A stretch of 64,000 bases of DNA from Raillietiella orientalis (taxonomy: Eukaryota), in the NCBI GenBank assembly GCA_036172245.1, contig JAYWIR010000030.1, forward strand, positions 2,232,001-2,296,000. The letters are read 5' to 3'. The translations under genes and the position numbers were made by a program. The number at the start of each line of letters is the position of its first letter. The stretch's first letter is position 1. The notes beneath the pieces were generated by a model, which ran no database searches, was not told the DNA's origin, and worked only from the letters and a program-made list of their open reading frames with translations. Below are positions 53,101 to 64,000 of the stretch, piece after piece.

Positions 53101-56100
53101 AGCGCACTGTTCCCGCTTCTCAGAAACTTCGAGAACGCGTGGATGGAAAATCGAGTTCGAGCAAAGGGTTCGGCGAGCGCTGCTGGCATGGTGACGTTGC
53201 TGCGCGATCCAAACTACCGAAATCATCGTCATCAGTTAGGTCATTCGTACAGTGCGTAGGAAAAGGATCGCTTGCAGAGCGATCCCAAGAAAATTCAAAC
53301 TTTCTTCCTGGTGAAAAGAAAAAAAAAATTAACAAGTATGTGTTACTGGCACGCTATGTTGTAACCTCGTAGAATCCCTATGTGTACACACACGTATGTA
53401 CACTTCTGGTAACCCTATGCGACGAGGCTTATGGATGATAGAGAAACACATGTCCTGGTAAGATGCGCGGAACCAGATGTGGAGGAAGAAAGATGTTTGT
53501 CGCATCCCAAACCCAACGATCTTCCGAGAAAGCCTCGTTGTAGGAAATTTTGCGAACCTGGAGAAATCGCACAGATTGCTTAGGATTGAAAGCGATATGG
53601 GCGGAAAATGGATTCAGGTGATGACTGGGACCATTGACTGGAATCGGGATCACTCATGGAATGGAAAGCACAGTAGCTCTCTACAGGACCTACATTCTAA
53701 ATTGCCACCGCTCCAGCCTCACCGCCAAGAAACATGACCATCCGGACGACCATATCAAGAAAATGACGCGGGAAATATAAGAATTGGTGGCCTCCAGCCA
53801 GCCCGAGCTCGGGGGCCGACTCGACTCCGATAGAACCTGGGGCCACAAACTCGATGTCTCCCGTCCTGGTTCTCAACAGTATTGAGTGTGCCTCCCGTGT
53901 TCGCCTCCGGCAGAGTGCCAGATTTGGTGCGAGCACCCGTGCTAGGATCCCTGAAAGCCTCCGATTCAAGGAATGAACAGGTGTTCAGGGGACTCGACAT
54001 CCTCCGCGAGAAGGCAGAAAACACGAAAAACGGCGTGCGCCAGCGTCCAGCATGGCCGTCGCACTCTGGGTCGCCAGCCAGGATGAGCACTTGTCGGCAA
54101 GCCCTCGACAGCCCAACAAAAATGCGGAAATCGTGGGGACTCCCACCGGAGATTTATCGTGTGGCTTATTTGTGTGGTTATGATCGTACATGCCTCATGG
54201 AGTTTGCGCAAAGCGAGTCACTTTCAATTGCGACCTCGCTGCGTGACACTTCCAGAATGACGCCTAACTATGCGATCTAAAAATGCGAACGACCTCGAAC
54301 GGCCCTCCTCAAGTCTGACCTTGCGGAAAAACGTGACGAGGCACGGGGAGGGCGGGTTCGAAGTCGCTCACCCTGCGTTCATCTCTCTGCGTGTTCGATT
54401 TCCGAGTCTACGTACTGCATTACTGGAGTTTTTGTAGAGGTTTTTCCTCCTATGAGGACTCCTGGTTGGTAGAGAGGATGACGAGCGCGGAGAGTAAGCT
54501 GGAAAGTACGTTTCACGCTGTGTGTCTCTCGTGCAGTGGTCAATATCCCTGTTTCCAGGTGACTCAAATGAACCTGCTAACGAGTCAGCGGTCCTTACGT
54601 CAGCATTCTGTTCGGTGCTACCGAGCGGGACAAAAAAAGGCATAGCAGCTCACCTTTGAGGCAAAGATTCTCAAAGTAGTCCACCCCTGCAGAGTCGATG
54701 AAGTCCACATTCTCCTCGACCGACCTCCGGTCGTACTCTGACAAGTGGCACTTCAGCGTGGAGTACGTGTACTCGATCGAGCGACACACGAAGCGTTTCT
54801 GGAATCAGGGAAGACACAGATCGTCGGAAGGAGCGGCAAGGTGGGAAAAAGGAGGCCGGAGAGGGCCAGGTTTCTGAGGATCATGACTGCTTACCTCGTT
54901 CAGGCACGCGGCGAAGCAGGCTTCTTTGGTGGACGTGAAGATGAGGGCTTTGTCGAGACCACGAATCATTTTATTGGGCACTCTTTCAAAAATCCACGCT
55001 CTCGGGCAGACGTTGTCTGCTGGACAAAAAGTATCAAGTCAAGTGGACCCCTATTTCCTCCTGCTTGCAGGATCCCCTCCCATTTCCGTTTCCTTCTCAA
55101 GTCGTCTTCCGGAGACGGTCGGATCCAAGCAAACGTAAACGGAGGTAAGCGCGAGGGCGCGCGTAAGCATGCTGGAGTGGGACATCGTTCCGAATTACAT
55201 GCTCCGCAGTGGGCGTTCCTACTTTGCATTACCATCCCATCATTTATTGATGCCGATCACCATCAATCTATCGACCAACTGCAGCCCTTCAGCGAGGGTG
55301 CATTTCGTAAAAGATCGCGTTTTTTGGAACAGTTGCGAAAGACTTTCCAGAGGGAGCAGGGAAAGCATTAGGTCGCTTCTCCGCACTCCAATCGCAAGCA
55401 CCGGATACATTCTTAATGAGGATGACAGAGCATCTTCGATTTCATCTAAAATTCTGTTTCAGCTCGGGGAAAAATGAAAGACGTCATGGATCGGCTCCAC
55501 GAATCGCTCGTTGAGGCCCGTTTGTATTCATCGCTGGTAGCTCTCATGCATCGGGACTATGCGATTCGTACTGGAGAGCTCAAGGGATCACACCCGCTCA
55601 TGAGCGCTCTGAATAAAGAACTGTGAAGGTTTAATGTAGCGATGAAGATCAAGAAGATCAGGCAGGTCTTACAAGGACGGTGTGCTATAAATGAAAAAGG
55701 GTAAAGGACTCATCTCCAGAGATTAAAATCACTAAGCAGATGAGCGGATTCCGGAATGACGACGCATCTGCTCCTCCCTCGAGGTGAAGCTCAAGAAACC
55801 ACCAATTTCTTAAGAAGATGTTTGACCTGTGGGAAGGTATCAGCGCAGACGTCGAAAGAGAGCCGGGAAACGAATGGCAAGTCACGGTTTCAGAGGAAAT
55901 GGGGGGAGGTGACTCCGCTGACTCCCTGGGACGGGTGGAACTGAAACTGCTCGACCGAGTCGTCTGCATCATTCAGCCTCTTCGAACGAGTCTTCTTCGT
56001 CTGTGGAATTCTTTGTTCAGACGTGCAGGAAAAAGACAGGAAGCCGCGACGCAGCCCGGTCGCTTGCTGTTGGTTCCTTTTCGTCGGTTTTCCGGGTTCG

Positions 56101-59100
56101 CCATCGTGCCAGAAGCAACGGAAACCCGGAAATTTCTGCTGCCTCTTCCGGAGGAACGACGGGGAGGGCTAACAGATCAGACAGTGCGTGCTTCCCCGGG
56201 GATCCATCTCATTTCGTGCAGGATCCTGGTCTTGCGTTAGTCGTTCTGCTTGTTCTTCGCTGTATTTTCCGGTCTTCTTCGCGGAGGCTCTTCAGCCTTG
56301 CCAGTCTCCCCGCAGATCCTCCGCAAATGTTCCGCTAAACGCATCTGATGCTGCCCGATGCAGGAAAAAATCAAGAAGTTTCGTTTGGAAACAGGAGACA
56401 CGAAACACCGAAAATTTTCCTCGATGGCTTCCAATCGCACAGGCTATGTACACAAGAAGTACAATATGCGAAGTATGCACAATGTACAATCAGATTGCAT
56501 ATACAGAGCATGTGATACGCCTGCGCTTATGGGTGAAGGAAAGAAAAAAAAAACTTGCACCTTTGAATGGAGCCAAACTTCTATTAGAATAGAAGCACGA
56601 GTAGTTCTTGTGCTGTAGCGCATCAAGCGGTGCAGCACAGCACTTGCACCACGCGCACCGAAAGTGGAACTGACCGCGTACCATCCCTCGGCTTTTCTTG
56701 CCATCATTACATTTTGTCCTTCTGTCTGACGAAATGAAAGTCGCGACACCAGTAACCGAGCAGCCCCTTGGGCAGGGCGAACGTCACACACGTGGATGTT
56801 TTCGCCTGGTGGGAACTCAGATGGCTGTGGCTTCCGCCTCTTCTCGTTCCAGTCAGAAGGGGACACCGCGCATCGCGGAAGAGCACTCGAAAAGGGCGCG
56901 CCGTCGGCTGTCGAGGGGGTGCCGTGGGAGTGGTAGGGGGGAGCGGACCGATCGACGGAATCCACGGGAGGGAATCTGCGGAAAATCTCTTTGCATCACA
57001 TGTCGCGCGCTCCCACGAAAGGGGTAGCGCTCCGAGTGAGCTCCTGCAGTGAAACCGAGGACCAACGAAGACGTCAGACGGCAATGGTGGGAGTAAAGCA
57101 GGCGCAGCTGCAGCACAGCGCTCAACGTACCAGGTGCACAAAGACACCGCAATGCGTTAAGAGCAAAGGAATAAGAGGAGGACGACGCGGAAGCACTCGA
57201 GGGACTTGAAAAAAGGCTAAGAAATCGATTCTTTCAACAGTGTTTCCCACTGAACGATGCCCTGGGTAGGAGTGGTCAACTCACCGCTTCTTATCCTCAG
57301 CTTCGTCATGTAATAGGTGTTCTGCACTCTGTGAGGGGTAGAAGTTGGGTTGTTGGCGAACGTCTCGTTGTGCAAAAGACAGATGGTTTGTTGTATGGGA
57401 ACCAGAGGATTCACCAGAAAGCTACAAGAGAAATATTCTTGGTGAAGAATTGCTGACCAACCAAGAGGCGGCGAATTCTTTTCAGAATGCATTGAATAGC
57501 GAATGAAACAAAAGGAAGCACAGTTATAACTCTGCGAAACCTCCATCCGCGGTGGTCATCCAATCCCATCGATGTCTCACGGATTTTAGGACGACGAATC
57601 CATGGCAATAGGGGAAATCTATTACTGAGACGTGGGCAAGAAAAATGACTTTGGAAAATCATTGACATCCAGAGAGAGTTGTGTCTCTGGGCTCGATCCT
57701 GCTTTGGTTTGCATGGTGGGTCGCTTGCGCTTTTCTGTCTCATATGGACAGCGCTCGCCAAAAGAGGTGAAGATCGCGGCGTGAGGAAAATTCATGGTGT
57801 GGGATGGGACTCTTCGGCACACACCGCGAACCCCTGCGTGAGGCAGTCAGAACTCCGTCTCCAAGCGGTGATCTCGTGAACCAAGTAGGGGGGAGGCAGT
57901 GCGGAGGCAAGCACGCCCATCGTGGAGCGCGCGTGTGGGTCCCTGACCTTCGTCACATTCGGTAAACGTGAATTTCACTACCTCGTGCCCCCCCCCCCCC
58001 CACGCACACAAAACAAGTGCCAACTGATCTTTCAGGGAAACAAAGAGAAAGTAATGCGACCATCCAGGAGAAAAATCTTAGCAGTCTGGCTGGCCAACAG
58101 AGACCGGTGGACCCATAAGTTACCTCGAAACGAGTCAGCTCTAATGATAAGAAGGAAAGCACCAAGACCCCCAAATTTCCGCTTACGTAGGCCATGATTC
58201 GATGACGCACCATTCTAGTAACAGGAGTCAGAAGGAACACAGTGTTTTTTGAAACGAATGTGGGAGCATGAATCCCCAGGGGATTTTCTTCGCAAAAGAT
58301 CTGACCCTTGGAGCAACATGTACATGGGAGCATTGAAACTGAAACTGAGCGACTCTGGTTTGCCACGGCAGTGAAGCCATTCTGTACATAGGAGAACATT
58401 CTTTCTTCTGCAGACACCTGGCTTGCAATGCTGCCTTTGCAGAAGGAAAAAAAAAAAAAAAAAACAGCGGATTTTTTTTTTTTTTCTGAGCACCAATTCA
58501 ACTCATTTAGTAGAATGCACACCTACAGCTCTACCTCCATGTACTTTTTCGATCTCAAGAGAGAAAAGCTCTGATACATACCAGATGTTGTTTGAAATAA
58601 AAACATTTCATCCCAGCAATCGTTCAGAAAACTTTGTGCAAAAGCACTTTTCCTGCCGTCACAGAGGCAACTCCTGCATTCACTGCCGCTACAAAGACAT
58701 CAGCATGTATGTTTGTCAATATTCATGATATGTACTCGATCATATTTGTCAATTCAGCTGTCCATATTGGGGGGACACATCAATTCTATGACTATGCACA
58801 AGCACTACATCATCTTGGAGTAATGTTTGGGCTGGTGAATAAAAAGCTTTCTCCAAGATTCGGATGGCATAGACTTAGCGGTTTCTCCTCCTATTTGAAT
58901 CTTCTGCGGTAACAAAAGCCTCTTTAGAATCACATTTTACTGGCAGGAAACACTTGGTCATGTGACCATGGCCTTGGAATGATTTCGTTGTGTGGCCTGG
59001 CTGTTCATGATCATGCGCCTTCCGTTGCTTGTCCTTCCAGGGGAAGCAGCTTCCATGAGTTTTTTCAGAATCGCATCTTGCAATCCTCTCACTTTCCTTA

Positions 59101-61114
59101 TACATTGCCAGGTATGGGGAGAGTTCCTTCGTCTTCCTTTGTCAACTGAAAATCCTTTTCGGTGAAATTGACAGTTTTGAATATGTGTCGGCTCATTTCT
59201 CCAAAAGCATCAACGATGTCATTCCTGGCTTGAACGAAGATTTCCAATGACGACCAGCGGATGCAGTGTTCTTGCAAAAAGCTATCCAGATTCAAATATG
59301 CAATGGCCATTCTTAGGTTTACGTATCAAGTTCACGTTGGGACTATCACCAGACACTTCGGAAAGATGATGATGGAAATTCTTCAGGCGCACTTTGCATT
59401 CGTGTATTTACACTACGTGGTTGTTCTTGAATCTGAAACGGTCATCAAGTTCAAATATACCGTTTGAACTGAGAACCTATTCGCACGCTTGAAGAAATAG
59501 GCGAATCCTCGGATCCAGCGCGCGTGGGTGGATGTTGCACTCCAAACACAGCTCTCAATTTCAAGAGAACACTGAACTCGCTGGTTGGGTATCCTCGAAC
59601 GCAACGGAGATAAATAAAGAATGGCTTCGTGTTTCGAATGAGTGAGTGTTTTCCTGCATCGTTGATTCCCTGCACGTAAACTCGACCAAGAACCTTCGAA
59701 GTCTGGAAGACGTTACGCAGCTGTGTTCAGGAATCGAACACCCCAAGCACTGTTCTGGAAGCTTCAATGGTGATTTCACAAAGAAAGCAGGGGAAAGGTT
59801 CGGGCGCAGCAAAACAGAAAAGAATTCCTCAACTCCTTATTAATACGTGCGGTGTTTATTTTGCTAACGTACGGTTCTCCAGAGAGGGAAACGAGCGACG
59901 GTCCATCAGTGCACCAGCAAACTGACTGTAACAAAAACAAGCTAGCCGTCGATCCACTGACACATTCCCCTGGAAGAGCACCTAGCGAGGGGAAAGCACG
60001 AACTGATCTCTAAGTGAAACGATCAGTTGAGGTGCACTTATTCACCACTTTGACCACGGCCTCACATAAAACCTTCAGTTCCTTTGCCCACCAGGATTGT
60101 TTCCAGCATTGTTCCCAATTTTCCGACGATACGATTTCCTGGATATCCCCCTGATCGGATATGCGTGGATCGCCGAGGTGAAATAATCCGGGAAGTAGGA
60201 TGATAGCGGAGTGTTTTCTGAAGTTTCGCCTCATTCGAGTGCACATCTGGTGTGTCGAACACAGCTAGCTACCCAGGGAAACTTCAGGGAGGTCACATCC
60301 GCTTCGTTGATGCAGTCGAGCGGGAGTCGATCAAGCAAGAAAATACTCGTGTGTAGCCACTGCACAGGATGCCCCACGTTCCAAGTGGCGGGAAATTCCC
60401 ATGGCCGCCGACGGTAAGAAGGAAGACAGGGAAATCTCCTCCTTCGCTTGGGCGCCGCCCAACAAGCACCACACTTTGCAAAGAGTCTACGCCCACCCGA
60501 CGAAGGACTCAAACACATCTGCTTGAGGGATTTCCGCGAACTTTAGGGTCCCCTCCTCCAGAACAATTGGCAGGGTCGGAGATTTCAAGAACAGCGACTC
60601 TGGAAATCCAGGAAGTGTGGCCGCTACACCGCGATGTTTTAGAAAGAAAAGGGAAACACGCATTGCATAATCTCATTAGGCATCCTACAGCTCTCGTTTC
60701 GAAGTTCACCGGAACATGCAATAAATGAAACTGCACTGGACCTGAAAGTGGCGGCTTGGCATTCGGCCTCCTCCCTGCACCATCCTTGGCAGTCGTGCAG
60801 GGAAAGGTTCTTGATGGTGAAATATGGGTTTCCTCGGTATTCGTATTCAGTTAGTTTCTCGAAGCCCACCACACCTGTTGGGAGAAATTCCTTAATCAGT
60901 ACACGACCCCTTGACGACCTTTCGCTCATAGTAGTGAGAAAGGGGTAATCATCCTCCCTCGGCAGTCCACCTGCCACAGGACGGAGGCAGTAGCGAGGAA
61001 GGTCGACAGATCGTGGAGAGAAGAGATGCGAAAACAAGTCCACTTACTTTGTGCGTGGATTCTCGGCGCGAAGATGACCAGGAACATCACTCCAAACATG
61101 TTCATGGGAACCAT
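44159..61114 (-). CDS. Membrane-anchored PAN/apple x3 + ZP-domain apical extracellular matrix protein (neyo/nyobe/morpheyus-like), about 699 aa
   Basis: Minus-strand exons 61114-61048, 60874-60742, 57421-57285, 55016-54895, 54798-54654, 52190-52078, 51571-51346, 48914-48759, 48592-48417, 48367-48234, 48119-47980, 47932-47851, 44745-44601, 44538-44388 and 44331-44159 are in frame (2100 nt). Signal peptide MVPMNMFGVMFLVIFAPRIHA; PAN domains (NLSLHDCQGWCREEAEC; EACFAACLNEKRFVCRS; ACERACMVEGEFLCRS); ZP domain (FNGRIYALGRAETC, GCPVDPTIFP, YEAFRFTESYGVIFQCTVRYCLGSCEP); furin site RRRR; C-terminal TM helix. The exon 1/2 junction may be missing a micro-exon. Confidence 0.9.
58560..59500 (-). mobile_element. 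Decayed hAT transposase inside intron 2 of the PAN-ZP gene
   Basis: AT-richer island. The minus strand gives CIRWSSL (cf. TRWNS) and downstream NIHADVFVAAVNAGVASVTAGKVL (cf. the dimerisation motif IPATSVASER.FS.AG.VL). Confidence 0.45.
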
Positions 61115-61299
61115 TCTGAAAGGCACGCGTGAGACAAACGTTCCGAGGATATAAAAGTCGGAAGGAAGGCATGCGAGGAGGGACTGCGCTTAAAGGGGAA
61201 GCGAATATCGGGAAGTGTGGATTCGCGAGCAAGCTTTATCTGCATGCAAGAACGAGAGGTTGAGGCCCACGCTGAAGCGATGGGTTATGCGTGATTCCC

Positions 61300-64000
61300 A
61301 CCTTCGTAGTCACCCACTTCAAAGGGCAGAATCGAAGGCATCGCGGTTTGTTCCGACGAAGTGCCACTCACAAATCATCGCACAGTTCTCTGTCGATCAG
61401 CGAAAAGTTTTTCTCCTCTCCCCTTTTGCACTGGGGTGGAGGAGATCCGGGGCAGCGCGGCCGAATTTGAAGAGGATTCTGAAAGCGGATTCCAGTTCGA
61501 TCGGGATGGAAATTTTGGTTGCGTTCCGTTCCACAAAGCGCATGGTGCAAAACCGTTGCAGACGGTGAAGAGTTTCCTGATTGTTCCTGCTCTCCCTCGG
61601 AACTTCCGAGCGGGAAACCATGACTCGGCGCCCGTCGGAGTGTGTTGCTGATCGCAACGGTGCTCGCGCGCTTGGGCGCAAGCGCACTGTGGCCGTGGAC
61701 GGTGAAGCGGGCGCAAGAAACCTCCGGGCACCAAACGAGAATCCAACTTTCATGGTTACTTCGATTGGCATCCCTGTGCCAGATGAAAGACCAAGATGAG
61801 CTTCTGACGAGGATGAAACCAAACGGAGTCCCCGAAGGCGAAGGGGTTGCAGAGAACAAGCACGGGCGATGGCTCCGCTGGTGGAGCTGTAGCAGAAGGG
61901 GTAAGGATTTCTGCGAGGAGGTTCATGAAGAAACGAGATCCTATTCGCCGCATTCTTTCAGATCGAGTGAAGCTGAGTGCAAGCGGTGATATCCTAAAGA
62001 GTAGCATCCGAACGCGTGACAGCGCGAGGGATGAAACACCAGATGTCATTCGGTACACCAATCCGAAGGTGCTGAACGCCAATGTGTCTCACGAGAGATT
62101 CATCAGCGGAAGATGAGGGTGTCCAGTCTTTTGCTTGAAAAATTGCAGTGGTAGTGCGCGCGTCGATGAAGTCAACGGGATTCCTGGAGATGAGCTCTGT
62201 GTGAGACGATGGATGTTTGTAGTTGCAAGACATCTTCCGTGATTTCCGAGTTTAAAATCTTCAAGTGTGGACGTCCCAGGTTCCCAGTTGTGGCCGCATT
62301 CTCAGAAATGCCATTCCCTCACTCAGCAATGCTTTAAGGTGTTCTAGGTCCATGGAACTGGATACGGGATTTTCTTGATCATTCTTATGGCATTACACTT
62401 TGCTTAATAACGAACATTTCTTGACATGTCATTCATTATCATTTTGTTTTCTCTCTAGATGTGAACGTCTAGGGTCTCCTTCAGTTGAAGCTGAGTGTCC
62501 CGAGTAAAGGGTATCCCGGCTGATTTACTTTCAATCGGCTTCGAACGAGTGGCAGAGAAACAACGAGGATTCTGGATCATCCTCGAAGGCAGTTGTGTTT
62601 CGGGAGAACTCATTGTTGTTCCCTCTTGCAAAGTGGAAGATTCCAGTGCGTGTTCCTCCTGGGTATGAAGAAGCAGCACCGCGGTTTGCAACCCTCCAGG
62701 AACGCTGACGGATGCTGCAAGCGTCCAATCCTTCAAATGGTGAAGACAAACGATTTGATGTCATTCGAAGACGCGCCGGAATGGCTGAGATCTAGGTCGG
62801 TGCGAGATGACATGCTGTAATGAACAGATGCGCGTCGTGGTCACCGAGAAGGGGAAACATTTCTTAGCCAAAAATACCGGAGCTAAAGAACCTGCTGTTG
62901 GCTCTTCCACCACAAGCGAGCAATCCTCACTGCTACTAGTTATTCAGCCTTAAGATGGCAACATCCATCCTTGATTATGGCATCCATTTGCGGCACTAGC
63001 TCTAATGCTTGTTTTGACAGTGGCACCAAACTTCGTTCATTAATGCAGATTAAAGTTTTCAAAGAGGAAAATATTTTCACTTGATACGGAGAGGGCCCTC
63101 CGTGTTGTAAACTGTTCGAGCTCAACAGATAAATGATGTTTTAGATTACATAACAACCGTTGAGGATTGCATGCGCCACGGCGCGTCCGAGAAAAAGAAC
63201 AGGGCAATTAAATTCATGCTCGTGAAGCTTAAATTCTGCGAGCTGCACCCGATAACAAACATCCACACAAAGGCCTCTTCGTCAAAGCCGACGGACGAAA
63301 CAGTACTTGTAAGAAGGGACAAGTCTTGCGACGAGATGAAAAACTACCGTGTTTGAGAACAGAAAGCGATGGAGCCCTCCGAGGATGGAGCGAAATGCGT
63401 GCTCAAGAGCAGAAACGACAGTTCTCCGCTTGTTCCTTGTTATCGAAACCTCGTGTTTACCGAGCTCCATGGAAAGCTATGCAAGGGTTAAAAGCAAACA
63501 TGAATTCCGCGCGGAGACCTGGAAGCGTCGAGATGACCTTCGGCGTCGACGATGATGATGATGATGATGATGCGAAGTGCAGATCTCAGCTGTCGGAAAT
63601 GCGACTCTCGCCGAGGCAGCTCGTTCAGAAGAAAGCAAAGGTAGGAAGGCTAACGGCTCACGGAAGATGCGACCCTCGCTTGCGAATCAAAGAAGCATCA
63701 GGAAACGGATATGCAAAAACAAGAAAATGCGGTTCAAGGAACGGAAGTGGCGAGCTAAAGTCTTGCAAACTCCTGGAGATTTTGCAAACACAAATGTTAC
63801 GAAGGCTGCCGAGATGTGGAAACTAGAACGGGTGTTGCAAGCATCTCTCAAGTTTGGGCTTGCGAAGGCTTCTTGTCTAAACTCTCTCCAGGAGCCCTTG
63901 CGGCGAGCATTCTCCAGAATACTTCACAGGTGACTTGGATTTGCAGCCTCCGGACTGGCTTCCTTTTTAGAAACCAACATCCTGAATGGAGAGGCGGCTG
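61300..64000 (+). mobile_element. Degenerate L1/Tx1-like ORF2 running off the window end
   Basis: Plus-strand remnants in order: PSRNADG (about 62695), WHQTSFINAD (cf. WRPISLLNAD, about 63021-63050), FGVDD (cf. YADD, about 63539-63553) and KLLEI (cf. KYLGI, about 63770). The 5' boundary is a guess. Confidence 0.55.

Noticed and set aside
54350..54369. GGTTCGAA T-loop-like hairpin as a tRNA
   Set aside because: No acceptor stem, D arm or anticodon arm could be built.
1..64000. CRISPR arrays, rRNA genes or prokaryotic operons
   Set aside because: No regularly spaced repeats or rRNA-like sequence were seen; the genes are intron-containing eukaryotic genes.

Overview
Eukaryotic (animal) nuclear DNA from an ecdysozoan, most likely an arthropod; there are no prokaryotic features. 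Four intact spliced genes can be reconstructed by hand: RABGAP1 (+, 15862-20125, 17 exons, 14 introns of only 41-52 nt), a SLX9/FAM207A-like ribosome-biogenesis gene (+, 35157-36251), the exosome subunit RRP4/EXOSC2 (+, 36534-43724, starting 282 nt after SLX9) and a convergent 3xPAN-ZP-TM apical matrix gene of the neyo/nyobe/morpheyus type (-, 44159-61114). The rest is mostly decayed transposons: L1/Tx1-like and I/Jockey-like LINEs, hAT remnants and two piggyBac-type MITEs. The most striking non-genic item is a decayed but near-complete ambisense endogenous CRESS-DNA virus genome at about 25.4-27.1 kb, with Rep, Cap and a 15-bp intergenic stem-loop with a non-canonical loop. Other leads are a possible dicistronic or trans-spliced SLX9-RRP4 unit, an exact 25-nt copy of SLX9 coding sequence inside a structured part of RRP4 intron 1, and an AT/GC boundary running through RRP4. 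All family assignments come from motif recognition by eye; no searches were run.
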